Shown: positions 19,381 through 29,131 of the stretch, piece after piece | Layout of the letters: every line of letters starts with the position of its first letter | Position numbering within the stretch: position 1 is the first letter of the stretch | Origin: an uncultured Candidatus Binatia bacterium | Lineage (GTDB): Bacteria > Desulfobacterota > Binatia > Bin18 | Direction: 5' to 3' | Length of the DNA: 64,000 nucleotides | Assembly (NCBI GenBank): GCA_965214605.1 | Contig: OZ243961.1 | Location: forward strand, 1,024,001 to 1,088,000 | Notes under the pieces: model-generated | What the model was told of the DNA's origin: nothing | The model's input: only the letters and a program-made list of their open reading frames with translations | Database searches by the model: none | Made by a program: the position numbers and the translations under genes

Positions 19381-20613
19381 ATGAAATTCTGGATGTTCCA
19401 TTTAATGCCCTGGCCCCATCTCCCGGACAACTTTGCAGACACCTACGACACGGCCTGGGTAACCTGCTCAAACGGTCTGTTTGACCCCGAGCGCGGCCCA
19501 CAGGTGTACCATCAGTATATAGACCAGCTGGTCTATGCAGACGAACTCGGCTTTGATGGGGTCGTGATCAACGAACATCATCAGAATGCCTACGGCATTA
19601 TGCCCTCGCCCAATCTGATTGCCGCAGCCTTGTCCCAGCGGATTCAGAACGCTCGGGTGATGGTCCTGGGCAACGGTCTGCCGCTGTATGATGTGCCGCT
19701 CAAAGTCGCCGAAGAATTTGCCATGCTGGATAATATGTTTCGGGGTCGGTTTGACGCCGGTTTCGTGGTTGGTGGCGGTCCAGAGTACTACTCTTACAAT
19801 ATTAACCCAACCTATGCGCGAGAGCGTTTTCGGGAAGCTACCGATCTGATTGTCAAAGCCTGGACCGATCCAGGACCGTTCAACTGGGACGGCAAACATT
19901 TTCAGTTTCAGTACTGTAACGTCTGGCCCCGTCCGGTCCAACAACCCCATCCACCCATCTGGATTCCCGGCGTGGGCAGTGTGGAAACTATGGAGCTGGT
20001 CGCTGAGCGCGGTTTCACCTACGCCGCCCTGACCTATTCCCACGTTGAGTCGTTCCGCCAGAACGCCGCCTTCTTCCAGCAGACGGTTGAGCGGGTCGGC
20101 AGCAATCCTTACCATCCGGAAATGCTGGGCTGGCTGGTGCCGCTGTATGTGGCTGAGACAGAACGGAAGGCGCGCGAGGAGGCCGAGGAGCATCTCTGGT
20201 ATTTTATTGACAAACTGCTCAAGGGTTTTGCCGGCAAGGGCCGGACGTGGATGCCGCCGGGCTATACCTCGCTCAAATCTCTGGAGCGGCTGCAAAAGCT
20301 GAACGACCCCGGTAGCGGTTATGCCCGCTGGCAACTCGGCCACGCCAACACCTGGGACGATATCGAGGCCGGCGGCTCGGTCCTTATCGGTAGCCCGGAA
20401 ACAGTGCGCGACAAACTGCTGCGCTATGTACTCGAGTTCAAGGTCGGCAATATTCTTGCCCTACCACAGTTCGGCAGCCTGCCCGATCATCTCACCCGTA
20501 AAAATATGGAATTCCTAGCCAACGACGTCTTTCCCTACGTCCGCAAACACGCCGATGCCACCTTTGCCGCACTGCCCGGAGGCGACGATCAAGGGGCCGA
20601 ATCCCACGCCTAA
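19381..20613 (+). CDS. Luciferase-like (LLM) flavin-dependent monooxygenase
   Basis: ADELGFDGVVINEHH, AEEFAMLD...GR, WPRPVQQPHPPIW, GSPETV. Confidence 0.92.
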   Translation: MKFWMFHLMPWPHLPDNFADTYDTAWVTCSNGLFDPERGPQVYHQYIDQLVYADELGFDGVVINEHHQNAYGIMPSPNLIAAALSQRIQNARVMVLGNGLPLYDVPLKVAEEFAMLDNMFRGRFDAGFVVGGGPEYYSYNINPTYARERFREATDLIVKAWTDPGPFNWDGKHFQFQYCNVWPRPVQQPHPPIWIPGVGSVETMELVAERGFTYAALTYSHVESFRQNAAFFQQTVERVGSNPYHPEMLGWLVPLYVAETERKAREEAEEHLWYFIDKLLKGFAGKGRTWMPPGYTSLKSLERLQKLNDPGSGYARWQLGHANTWDDIEAGGSVLIGSPETVRDKLLRYVLEFKVGNILALPQFGSLPDHLTRKNMEFLANDVFPYVRKHADATFAALPGGDDQGAESHA

Positions 20614-20680
20614 TCGGGGCAGGTGGACTCTACAGCCTATCCCGTTCTTCGCCCTTACCCACAACAGGAAAGACGTAATT

Positions 20681-21505
20681 ATGGCTCTGACAACCGAAAC
20701 ACTTAGGGTGCGTGGTACTACGATTCAGCTCTTACGAGGCGGCAGCGGGGTGCCGCTGATGTATCTCCACGGTGTAGTTGCCGATATTCATAGCCTGCCC
20801 GAACCTGCCGGCTTCACCGCCTTCCACGAAGCCTTGGCCTCCTCGTTCACCGTATACGCACCAGCCCTGCCCGGCTATGCGGACAGCGAAGGGTTTGACG
20901 AGCTTGATAGCATAGAGGACGCGGTCTTTTTCTGTCTCGACGTGCTCGATGCACTAGAGCTCGACACGGTCAATCTGGTCGGAGCGTCCTTGGGCGGCTG
21001 GGTCGCCGCCGAATTTGCCACCCGCTATTCGCACCGCCTGCGCAAGCTGGTGCTAATCAATCCGCTCGGGGTGTCTACGCCCGAGGCTCGGATCGGCAAT
21101 TTCTTTTACGCTGTCACACCAAAAGCTGAGGGCGGTCAGCACGAGGTGCGCGCATTGATCTTTCAGGAGCCAGATTCCGAATTAGCGCTGGGAGCCGTCC
21201 CCGACGAAATGTCTCCGGTGGCGAACCTCTTATTTTACAAAGCCCAAATAGTCGCCGCCAGACTTGGCTGGAAACCACCTTTTCTGTACAACCCACGTCT
21301 CAAACAGCGACTATTTCGGATCGTCGCACCAACCCAGATTATTTGGGCTGAGCAAGACCAGCTCGCCCCACCCGCCCTTGGCGAGCTTTTTCAGAGCGCG
21401 ATTGTCGGGGCTCAGCTAGTCACAATTCCGGGTTCGGGGCACGGCCTGCTGCTCGAACAGCCATACCGAGTGGCCGACATCGTAAGCCAATTTTTGACCC
21501 CCTAA
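20681..21505 (+). CDS. Alpha/beta fold hydrolase
   Basis: YLHG, PGY, GASLGGW nucleophile elbow, GHGLLLEQP. Confidence 0.85.
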   Translation: MALTTETLRVRGTTIQLLRGGSGVPLMYLHGVVADIHSLPEPAGFTAFHEALASSFTVYAPALPGYADSEGFDELDSIEDAVFFCLDVLDALELDTVNLVGASLGGWVAAEFATRYSHRLRKLVLINPLGVSTPEARIGNFFYAVTPKAEGGQHEVRALIFQEPDSELALGAVPDEMSPVANLLFYKAQIVAARLGWKPPFLYNPRLKQRLFRIVAPTQIIWAEQDQLAPPALGELFQSAIVGAQLVTIPGSGHGLLLEQPYRVADIVSQFLTP

Positions 21506-22689
21506 GCGTAGGGTTCCAGACCGCCCGAGGTCCGGAGGCTAGGCCATACAGAGTAGCAAGTGCGGAACCACCGAGCTGTGAAGAGGGGGACACGCGACTT
21601 GGCTTGGTATGGTCCGAGCTGCGGTAGCCGAGTGTCGGGCGGGAAAAAGGGGGGGAGTACCTGTGGGATGTTCCTCAGCCGCATTTCTCCGGCCCAGCCC
21701 GCCCTCCTACACCTGCCTCTCTCTCGGGAGCGGCCCGCCACCGATTGACTATCCCCCGGGCCCATCTAGCCGATCGGATTCTGTCGAGCCGCCCAACGCT
21801 TGAGAGCGAGCGCGAGAGTGTGTGACCCTGTGCTGTCTCAGCAGAGGGTCGATGGACGTTACAGAGCGGCTCGCCCCCGGAGAGGCAAAATGGCTGCCCG
21901 CCCCGCGTTTGCAGCTCATGATGCAGACCATCCACCGCTTTGTGAGGAACGATGAACCATATCCTTGGCGACGGCAATATGGCCTTGTTTGCAGTGGCCA
22001 GCTAACACCTTCGGTATTTTCCCCAAGTCCTTTCCCACTGGAATCTAGCCCCGTTACACGCCGTGCGGAGTGAGACAAGTCTGGCTCGACATAAAGCCAA
22101 GGCAGGCCTGACCCAGATGCAGGAATCCGCGCTCTCACCTCACTGCTCATAGCTCCAACGCTACGACTACGCGAAACATGGCCGGCCTCGGCTCCGCCCA
22201 TCACTCGTCTGGCCAAAACCTGGCAACAGAAAAACGTGCATTACTCGGTATGCTGAGGCGCTGTGGGAGCTGAGCTACGAGCTCCAAGTTACCACCACCG
22301 TAGCAGCTCAGGCCGAGAACAGTCACCGCTACTGGTCTGCCTCCCTCGCCCATCGCATTCTGGCTCAGCTTGAGCCTGTGGAGCAGTCGGCCCCGCCCAA
22401 GCTCAGTTGGCGCGCTAGAATACACCGGGCAGACACGCAGCCTCCCCTTCTAAACGCGGCGCGCTCTGGCGCTGTGGGAGTTCTTGTTAGGCAACTCTCC
22501 GACACAGGCCCAAGCACGGGTGTACCTGAGCCGCAGACCCGCGCGTCCCTCTTGACCTACAGACCGACGACCCATGGGGACACACCCTTCTCGCCCAACT
22601 GCTTGAGCTTCGTCTCCCCCCTTTTGGACCAACGCGCCCGGTTGTGATAGAAAGCGTGAGTAGAGAATTCCTAACCAGGAGAGAGAAAA

Positions 22690-23688
22690 ATGGAAAGTAC
22701 CGGTATTACGCTCACCCGTTATCTGTTAATGCAGCAGCGCGAGCACCCGGGCGCAACCGGAGAATTCTCAATGCTGCTGTCGCAAATTGCCTTTGCGGCA
22801 AAAACCATCGCCCGAGAGCTCGGCCGGGCCAGCCTAGCAGATGTTTTGGGGGCCTCTGGGAAGATCAACATCCAAGGTGAGGTCCAACAAAAGCTTGACC
22901 AGATCAGCAACGATGCCTTTCTGGCCGCCTTTGCCAACGGCCAGCTCGTTTCCGAAGTCGTGTCCGAGGAAATGGAACAGCCGGCCCCTATTCAGGGCAA
23001 CGAAGAAAAGGGCCAATACGTTATTTTCGTCGACCCCCTCGACGGCTCGTCGAATCTAGATGTCAACGTGACTGTCGGCTCTATCTTTTCGGTCCATCGT
23101 CGCCCACAGGGAAAAAAAGGCGCTGATCTTATTGAAGCGCTTCATTTACGCGGTCGGAGCCAGGTGGCGGCTGGCTATGCCTTGTACGGCCCCAGCACAA
23201 CGCTCGTCTACACCACCGGCCAGGGAGTGCACGGCTTCACGCTGGACCGAGGCATTGGCGACTTTCTGCTGTCTCACGAAAATGTTCGTATTCCGGAACG
23301 CGGTACGACCTACAGCATTAACGAGGGACGTCGCAACACCTGGTTCCCTCAGACCCGTGCCTATATCGACTACCTGCAAGAGAGCGATAGCGACACCAAG
23401 CGGCCTTACTCGGGCCGCTATATCGGATCCCTGGTCGCCGACTTTCATCGTACTCTGCTCAAAGGCGGAATCTTCCTGTACCCGGCCGACCCCAAGAACA
23501 CCAAGGGCAAACTCCGGCTTATGTATGAGGCCGCTCCGCTCGGGTTTGTCGCCGAACAGGCGGGTGGTCGGGCCAGTGATGGTACCCGAGACATCCGCGA
23601 CATCGTCCCCGAGAGCCTCCATCAACGGACTCCGCTGCTCATCGGCAGTAGCCAGGACGTTCAGACAGCGGAGTCGTTTTACAAGTGA
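22690..23688 (+). CDS. fbp: Fructose-1,6-bisphosphatase class 1
   Basis: GEVQQKLD, DPLDGSSNLDVN, RYIGSLVADFHRTLLKGGIFLYP, GKLRLMYE. Confidence 0.96.
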   Translation: MESTGITLTRYLLMQQREHPGATGEFSMLLSQIAFAAKTIARELGRASLADVLGASGKINIQGEVQQKLDQISNDAFLAAFANGQLVSEVVSEEMEQPAPIQGNEEKGQYVIFVDPLDGSSNLDVNVTVGSIFSVHRRPQGKKGADLIEALHLRGRSQVAAGYALYGPSTTLVYTTGQGVHGFTLDRGIGDFLLSHENVRIPERGTTYSINEGRRNTWFPQTRAYIDYLQESDSDTKRPYSGRYIGSLVADFHRTLLKGGIFLYPADPKNTKGKLRLMYEAAPLGFVAEQAGGRASDGTRDIRDIVPESLHQRTPLLIGSSQDVQTAESFYK

Positions 23689-23826
23689 GTCAGAGAGCAA
23701 AAGTCGCGCCCCAAAAGACGGGCACTCGATTTTTTCATGGAAGCACTTAGAGTATGGGACAAACACTGCGCGCAGCTCCCCACAGAAGCAGGACGCTCAG
23801 CGAGGGGAGATAAGGGAGGTAGTTGT

Positions 23827-24750
23827 ATGACCGAACGTGTTCGTGAGATTCTCAGTTGGTATGAGGGCGACAATCCAGGCACCCGCACCAATATTGCCCG
23901 CCTGCTCAACAGTGGCCGCTTGGCGGGGACCGGTCGCCTGGTCATCCTGCCAGTCGACCAGGGCTTTGAACATGGTCCGGCACGCAGCTTTGCCCCAAAT
24001 CCATCCGGCTATGATCCCGACTACCATTTTCAGTTAGCGCTCGACGCCGGCTGTAACGCCTACGCCGCACCGTTGGGATTTATCGAAGCCGGAGCTGATA
24101 GATTTCTGGACCGGATTCCAACCATTCTCAAGCTCAACAACCATGACGTGCTACACGACGAAAAAGATCCCTTGTCGGCCGTGACAAGCAGTGTCGATGA
24201 CGCTTTGCGGCTAGGTTGTGCTGCGGTTGGTTTTACCATCTACCCCGGCTCGTCTGCGGCCCAAACCATGTACGAACAGCTGCGCGAGATCACTAAGGAG
24301 GCCAAATCCAAAGGGCTGGCCGTGGTGGTATGGTCTTATCCACGTGGCAGCGATCTGAGCAAAGCGGGCGAAACCGCCGTTGACGTCGTTGCCTACGCCG
24401 CCCAGATTGCGGCCCAGCTCGGAGCGCATATCATCAAGGTCAAACCGCCGTCGGCCCACATCGAACTCGCGGCGGCGCAAAAAGCCTACCAGAGATACCA
24501 CGTGCCGATTGACACCTTGGCCGACCGCATCCGCCATGTTGTCCAGAGCGCGTTTAATAGCAAACGAATTGTGATCTTCTCGGGCGGACCGGCCAAAGGA
24601 GACGAGGAATTCTTTAGCGAAGTCCGGGCCATTCGTGATGGCAGCGGGTTTGGTTCGATTATTGGGCGCAACTCCTTCCAACGCTCCAAAGAGGACGGAC
24701 TCAGGTTTCTCAACACGGTGATGAGTATTTACGAAGGCTCCCTAGAGTAG
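23827..24750 (+). CDS. fbaB: Class I fructose-bisphosphate aldolase
   Basis: ILPVDQGFEHGP, VGFTIYPGS, WSYPRG, IIKVK, FSGG, IIGRN. Confidence 0.93.
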   Translation: MTERVREILSWYEGDNPGTRTNIARLLNSGRLAGTGRLVILPVDQGFEHGPARSFAPNPSGYDPDYHFQLALDAGCNAYAAPLGFIEAGADRFLDRIPTILKLNNHDVLHDEKDPLSAVTSSVDDALRLGCAAVGFTIYPGSSAAQTMYEQLREITKEAKSKGLAVVVWSYPRGSDLSKAGETAVDVVAYAAQIAAQLGAHIIKVKPPSAHIELAAAQKAYQRYHVPIDTLADRIRHVVQSAFNSKRIVIFSGGPAKGDEEFFSEVRAIRDGSGFGSIIGRNSFQRSKEDGLRFLNTVMSIYEGSLE

Positions 24751-24757
24751 AGCGCTC

Positions 24758-24795
24758 GAGGCTCCAGGGTTTGCCTCCTGCTTGCCTAGAGCCTC
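24758..24795. terminator. Imperfect hairpin between convergent fbaB and glycosyltransferase genes
   Basis: GAGGCTCCAGG...CCTAGAGCCTC (10 of 11 bp complementary). Confidence 0.45.
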
Positions 24796-24799
24796 CCCT

Positions 24800-25477
24800 T
24801 CAGCGCGTATCGGTATAAAACGTCTTCAGATAATTCGGCGATACGCCGACGAAATACAGGAAGCGCAGCACCCACATCAGCACGATGGTCCGGACAATGC
24901 CGTCCCGTTGCCACCGTCGGGCCGAAGTCACTATCCGCTCGCGTAGACACACCAGCTTACCCCACCGCTTGAGCCGATAGCTCAGCTCAAGATCTTCCAT
25001 CAGCTCGGTCTCACGATAGCCGCCTAGTTCCAGGAAGGTCTGACGGCGCACAAAAATAGCCTGATCGCCAGTCGCAATCCGTGATAGCCGTGAGCGGATA
25101 TTTATCAGCGTCTCAATCATCCGAAACGGCCAACCGGCGGCGTCAAGCCGGACATCAAAGCGGCCACCCACAACCCGAGGGTCATGCAGAGCGCGTTCGA
25201 GCAGAGTTGGAAAGCCGGGTGGTAAAATTGTATCGGCGTGCAGGAACAGCAACACCTGGCCACTTGCCGCCCGGGCCCCAACATTCATCTGTTTCGCCCG
25301 TCCCCGCCCGGCCGACAGTAGAAGGTCGGCCCGAGGCCGGGCTAGCTCCAGGGTGCCATCATCGCTTCCGCCATCAACCACGATCACTTCACAGCTGCCG
25401 CTGCGGCGCAGACGACACAGAATTTCGACGATCGTTGCAGCTTCATTCAGAGTAGGGATAATGACCGAGATGTTCAT
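24800..25477 (-). CDS. GT2 glycosyltransferase, TIGR04283 (rSAM/selenodomain-associated, arsenosugar-type) family
   Basis: VVDGGSDDGT, GRAKQMNVGA, LFLHADT, GDQAIFVRR, LMEDLE, TSARRW. Confidence 0.88.
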   Translation of the reverse strand: MNISVIIPTLNEAATIVEILCRLRRSGSCEVIVVDGGSDDGTLELARPRADLLLSAGRGRAKQMNVGARAASGQVLLFLHADTILPPGFPTLLERALHDPRVVGGRFDVRLDAAGWPFRMIETLINIRSRLSRIATGDQAIFVRRQTFLELGGYRETELMEDLELSYRLKRWGKLVCLRERIVTSARRWQRDGIVRTIVLMWVLRFLYFVGVSPNYLKTFYTDTR

Positions 25478-25803
25478 CAGCCTCCCACTCGTAAAAAGGC
25501 GACGTTTAAGCCGTGCATAAAGGCTTTTTCTTGCTGCGGGCCGAGCGCCTGAAGACGGACGCGCAGTGAGGTTCGCTGGCGGACAGCCTTGAGCAAAGCC
25601 GGCCTGTCAGAGGACTCAATTGGTCGGACAATCAACTCAATCCGGCCCTGGTTATGTGGCAGCGTGGCGTGGAAGCGGGCCTCGGCGGCGGTTTCTTCTT
25701 GACAATACGCGACCTGTCTGGACACCAGCATTTTTTCCAGTCGAGTCACCACCTCGGTATATGCGAAGCCCAGATTCCATTCCATCGTTGTCTCGGCCAT
25801 CAT
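25477..25803 (-). CDS. Hypothetical protein, translationally coupled in the GT cluster
   Basis: GGAGG RBS; ATGA overlap with the upstream GT2 stop; abuts the downstream gene; ends AFLRVGG. Confidence 0.65.
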   Translation of the reverse strand: MMAETTMEWNLGFAYTEVVTRLEKMLVSRQVAYCQEETAAEARFHATLPHNQGRIELIVRPIESSDRPALLKAVRQRTSLRVRLQALGPQQEKAFMHGLNVAFLRVGG

Positions 25804-26501
25804 TGCCTCCAGGCATAGCGAAACACCGTCCACAAAATCTTATAGCCTGCCATGATCGTGCCTTTTAGCGTACCGCTCACTTTTGAGACACCCATGCGCC
25901 GACGGTATTGAACCGGGACCTCGGTAATGCGCAATCCTTTTTGAATGGCTCTGATCTGCATCTCAACCGTCCAACCATAGGTGCGGTCCGTCATCCCCAG
26001 TTCAAGCAGGGAGCGAAAACGTAGCGCCCGAAAGGGTCCCAAGTCGGTATATCGAAAGCCGTACAACAGCCGTATCAAAAAGGTAGCCAAGCTATTGCCA
26101 AAACGGGCATGCGATAGCAGAGCGCCGGGCTCGGCCTGGCCCGTGGTGCGTGAGCCAATCACCATATCGTACTCACCCGAGACAATCGGAGCGATAAGGG
26201 CGGGCAGTTCATCCGGATGGTCGCTATAATCGGCATCCACAAAGACCACAATGTCCGGCGAGCCGGCCTTGAGGTGGTCAATGCCGGCGAGGCACGCCCA
26301 GCCATATCCGCGGCGTGCCTCGTGCAACACACTTGCTCCGCCAGCGCGAGCGACCTCAGCCGTATTATCTGATGAGCCGTTATCAATGACCACTACCTCT
26401 TCGAGCATAGCCCGCGGCAGATCGGCCAGAACATGTGGCAACGAACGCTCTTCATTGAGGGCCGGGATGATGACAGCAAGACGAGGGGGAGTATCCGGCA
26501 T
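25800..26501 (-). CDS. GT2 glycosyltransferase (polyprenol-phosphate glycosyltransferase-like)
   Basis: IIPALNE, DNGSSDNT, RGYG, VDADYSD, TDLGPFRA, YGWTVEMQ, SKVSGT. Confidence 0.9.
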   Translation of the reverse strand: MPDTPPRLAVIIPALNEERSLPHVLADLPRAMLEEVVVIDNGSSDNTAEVARAGGASVLHEARRGYGWACLAGIDHLKAGSPDIVVFVDADYSDHPDELPALIAPIVSGEYDMVIGSRTTGQAEPGALLSHARFGNSLATFLIRLLYGFRYTDLGPFRALRFRSLLELGMTDRTYGWTVEMQIRAIQKGLRITEVPVQYRRRMGVSKVSGTLKGTIMAGYKILWTVFRYAWRQ

Positions 26502-26504
26502 AGC

Positions 26505-27191
26505 TTATGATCCGAGTGTGAAGCTGATCACAACCGGTGTCCCGTCGGGCGGGAGCTGCTCAGTATCGGCCGTAAATCGTGCCGGGTTGTTAACATAGTC
26601 GGCGATACTCAGCGCCCCGTTACTCACCTTACCGCTCGGGCAACTGTACAGGCAGACCAGGCAGCCTGGGCGGGGAGCGAAGGGGAGTCGGTTAAACCAG
26701 CGGTCTCGATTGCCACCGAAGCGGAGACTGAGAGCCGTGTCGGTGAAGATCTGCTCAAGGGCAAGACCGGAGGGGTTGCCCTGCCAGGAGACCCGGATAG
26801 CAAGCCGACTGCCGGTAACGGTCTGGTGCGAGGCGGGATGCTCATGCCGCTCGGTCCATGCGGCCATTGGCAGCCTCTTACCCGGCTGAGCGCCTAGCCG
26901 CAGGAGCGCGTCGTGGAAATCGAGATCATCGACCGGGGTATAGAGTAGGGCGTGAGGAGAAGTACCGTCCTGCCACACTAAGAAGTGATAGCGCGTCTCT
27001 TGTCCTTGGGCGGCGTTAAAACGCCGGGGAAAAATTTGGCCAAAGATCTCCACTTGTCTTTTTCCCTCAGCAATACGCAGCGGAGCCGCCCGATTTGGCT
27101 GGTCAGCCGCCCGACTCCAGCCGGCAAGTCCACATAGCACCAGACAGGCCACCACTCCGGTTAGCCGTAGGATGTGCATAGTCCATCTCAT
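26505..27191 (-). CDS. Exported YdjY-domain-like protein with Cys motif
   Basis: Signal peptide; FHDALLRLGAQPG, RFGGN, GCLVCLYSCP...VSN, LPPDGTPV. Confidence 0.7.
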   Translation of the reverse strand: MRWTMHILRLTGVVACLVLCGLAGWSRAADQPNRAAPLRIAEGKRQVEIFGQIFPRRFNAAQGQETRYHFLVWQDGTSPHALLYTPVDDLDFHDALLRLGAQPGKRLPMAAWTERHEHPASHQTVTGSRLAIRVSWQGNPSGLALEQIFTDTALSLRFGGNRDRWFNRLPFAPRPGCLVCLYSCPSGKVSNGALSIADYVNNPARFTADTEQLPPDGTPVVISFTLGS

Positions 27192-27198
27192 GTGAAAC

Positions 27199-28662
27199 CT
27201 ACGCTTTGGTCTCCATCACACGCCTATCATAGCCCGGTGGCTGGTCTCCGACTACCGCCGGCGGGTTGCTGCCATACTCCCCACGCCACCACTCCCAGAT
27301 CAGCAGCCCGTAGAATGGCCCATACTCCAGCCAGATATGCCAAGTTTCCAGCCGTCCCCGGTAGGAGTAGTAGAACGACATATAATACAGGCACAGCGAA
27401 CCGGACAGGAGGAGCCAGGAGCGAAGGGGAAAAATGGTCAGAAAGGGGAGCAGACAGACAAAGTACCACGGATTACCGACCGGACTGAGCAGAAACATCA
27501 GGCTCAGCAGCAGCCCGCTAGTCCATACCAATTGACGATCATCCTCCAGTTCTGACCAATAACTGACAAAGAGCATGACTCCGCCCAGCCCAACTCCAAC
27601 GAGACCAGTTGCCAGCCAGCGTTCACTCACCATCGCAACAATGCCGGGAAAGATTAGACTGTTGGTCTGCCACTGCTCGACAAAGGTTCGGGTTCCTGTC
27701 CACAGCGCCCCGCCGACCTGCCAAAACGGGGCGTAGCCAACAATGAGCACGACACTGGCCATCGACAGCCCCAGCAGGGCTCGACCGCGTCCGTGGACTC
27801 TCCACATACGGGCGAAGAAGATGGGCATGAGCAGAACAGGGTACAGCTTGGCCAGCACCGCAACGGCCAGGCTCATCTGGGCCAGCACGCCCCGGCCCGT
27901 GATCATTAGCACCACAGCTAAGACCAGATAGAAGGTCGGCACCACATCGTAGTGGGTTGAATTCATAGTTTCTTTAATGACCAACGGTGACCAGGCGTAC
28001 ACGATCAGGAGCAGTGGGCTGAGCGCCAACTGCCTTAGCAACACCACTAGCAAGCCACATAGCCCAAGATCAAAGGCCAGAAAGACCAGCCGCAAGGCAC
28101 TTAAACTGCCGGGCGCTACCCAAGCTGTAAGGCCAAAGATGGCCTGAGCAAAGGGGGGATAGATGGTCGGAATATGGGGATGATTAACCCGCGTCAGAAC
28201 AAACGACAGCCGGGCATCTTGCTCAGCGAGTTGAACAAAGGCTTGGAGGTGTTCTCCAGTCGCCTTTTTTTCCAACTGCTGCTGAACGCTCAGCGGGGCG
28301 AACTGGTAGGGATTCAGCCCACCGGCAACAACCGCACCGTCCCACATATAACGGTAGAAGTCGTCCTCCTGGATCGGCTGAGAGAAAAACAGCGTCCCTC
28401 GAAAGAGCAGCCCAAAGCCTACGATCAGCCATACCGTTCTGCCCCTTACCTGGCGGCTGGGAACGCCTAGCAGCTGATAGACAGCGAGGCAATAGCACAG
28501 AAAGAGGCCAGCGTAGACAGCCACAAAGGAGACAATAGGGCGCTGGAGATGTCCCTGCCCATAGACGAAAGCGTCACTCAGTAGAGTGAGTACACCATAC
28601 AGGACGAATGACCCGGCTCCCAGTAACGAGAGGGAGATACAGGACTGCGATATTCTTGACAT
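27199..28662 (-). CDS. Multi-TM GT-C fold glycosyltransferase (GT87/DUF2029-like)
   Basis: EDDFYRYMWDG...GLNPY, TIYPP, YAWSPL, KLYP, PWY; many hydrophobic helices; start placed at ATG 28662. Confidence 0.8.
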   Translation of the reverse strand: MSRISQSCISLSLLGAGSFVLYGVLTLLSDAFVYGQGHLQRPIVSFVAVYAGLFLCYCLAVYQLLGVPSRQVRGRTVWLIVGFGLLFRGTLFFSQPIQEDDFYRYMWDGAVVAGGLNPYQFAPLSVQQQLEKKATGEHLQAFVQLAEQDARLSFVLTRVNHPHIPTIYPPFAQAIFGLTAWVAPGSLSALRLVFLAFDLGLCGLLVVLLRQLALSPLLLIVYAWSPLVIKETMNSTHYDVVPTFYLVLAVVLMITGRGVLAQMSLAVAVLAKLYPVLLMPIFFARMWRVHGRGRALLGLSMASVVLIVGYAPFWQVGGALWTGTRTFVEQWQTNSLIFPGIVAMVSERWLATGLVGVGLGGVMLFVSYWSELEDDRQLVWTSGLLLSLMFLLSPVGNPWYFVCLLPFLTIFPLRSWLLLSGSLCLYYMSFYYSYRGRLETWHIWLEYGPFYGLLIWEWWRGEYGSNPPAVVGDQPPGYDRRVMETKA

Positions 28663-29131
28663 GGACACTATGCTATCACTCTCGACCAGATGAAACCGCG
28701 GTTTGCGAGCTGGTTCGTCCTTTCCTCGCTGTTTTCCTGACGGGCTATGCACCGGCGCGGCATACCGATTACGCTTTCTCTTGCGGGAGGCATGGCCCTC
28801 GCCCGTTCACCACTGGCAACTTATCGGGTGCAGACCTCCTTTGTGACGCCACAGGTCCGAGAACTAGATCTGATGCGCCTCCGGCTGACACAGGGGAATC
28901 TGGCTCGGACGCGCAGCGTCCATGTGGTCCGTGCTGAACAGAGGATACGCTTGCGCCGCCAGCGCGGTATGATGAGTCTGGGCCGCCCTCTTCCTTCCCT
29001 GACCGGAATCCTCCGGCTATGGTTTTCCTGGCGTGGTGTGACGTGGCCAGAGAGTCCCCCCCAGTTGCCGATCACATTGGTTGCCGCCGAGCTCCCGCAT
29101 CCAGACGGTCTTGTCGTGGAGATGAGACGGC

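Noticed and set aside
19468-20343. 291-aa minus-strand ORF, and similar long antisense ORFs elsewhere (e.g. 23146-23766, 52558-53295)
   Set aside because: They fully overlap well-supported genes on the opposite strand, as expected in GC-rich DNA
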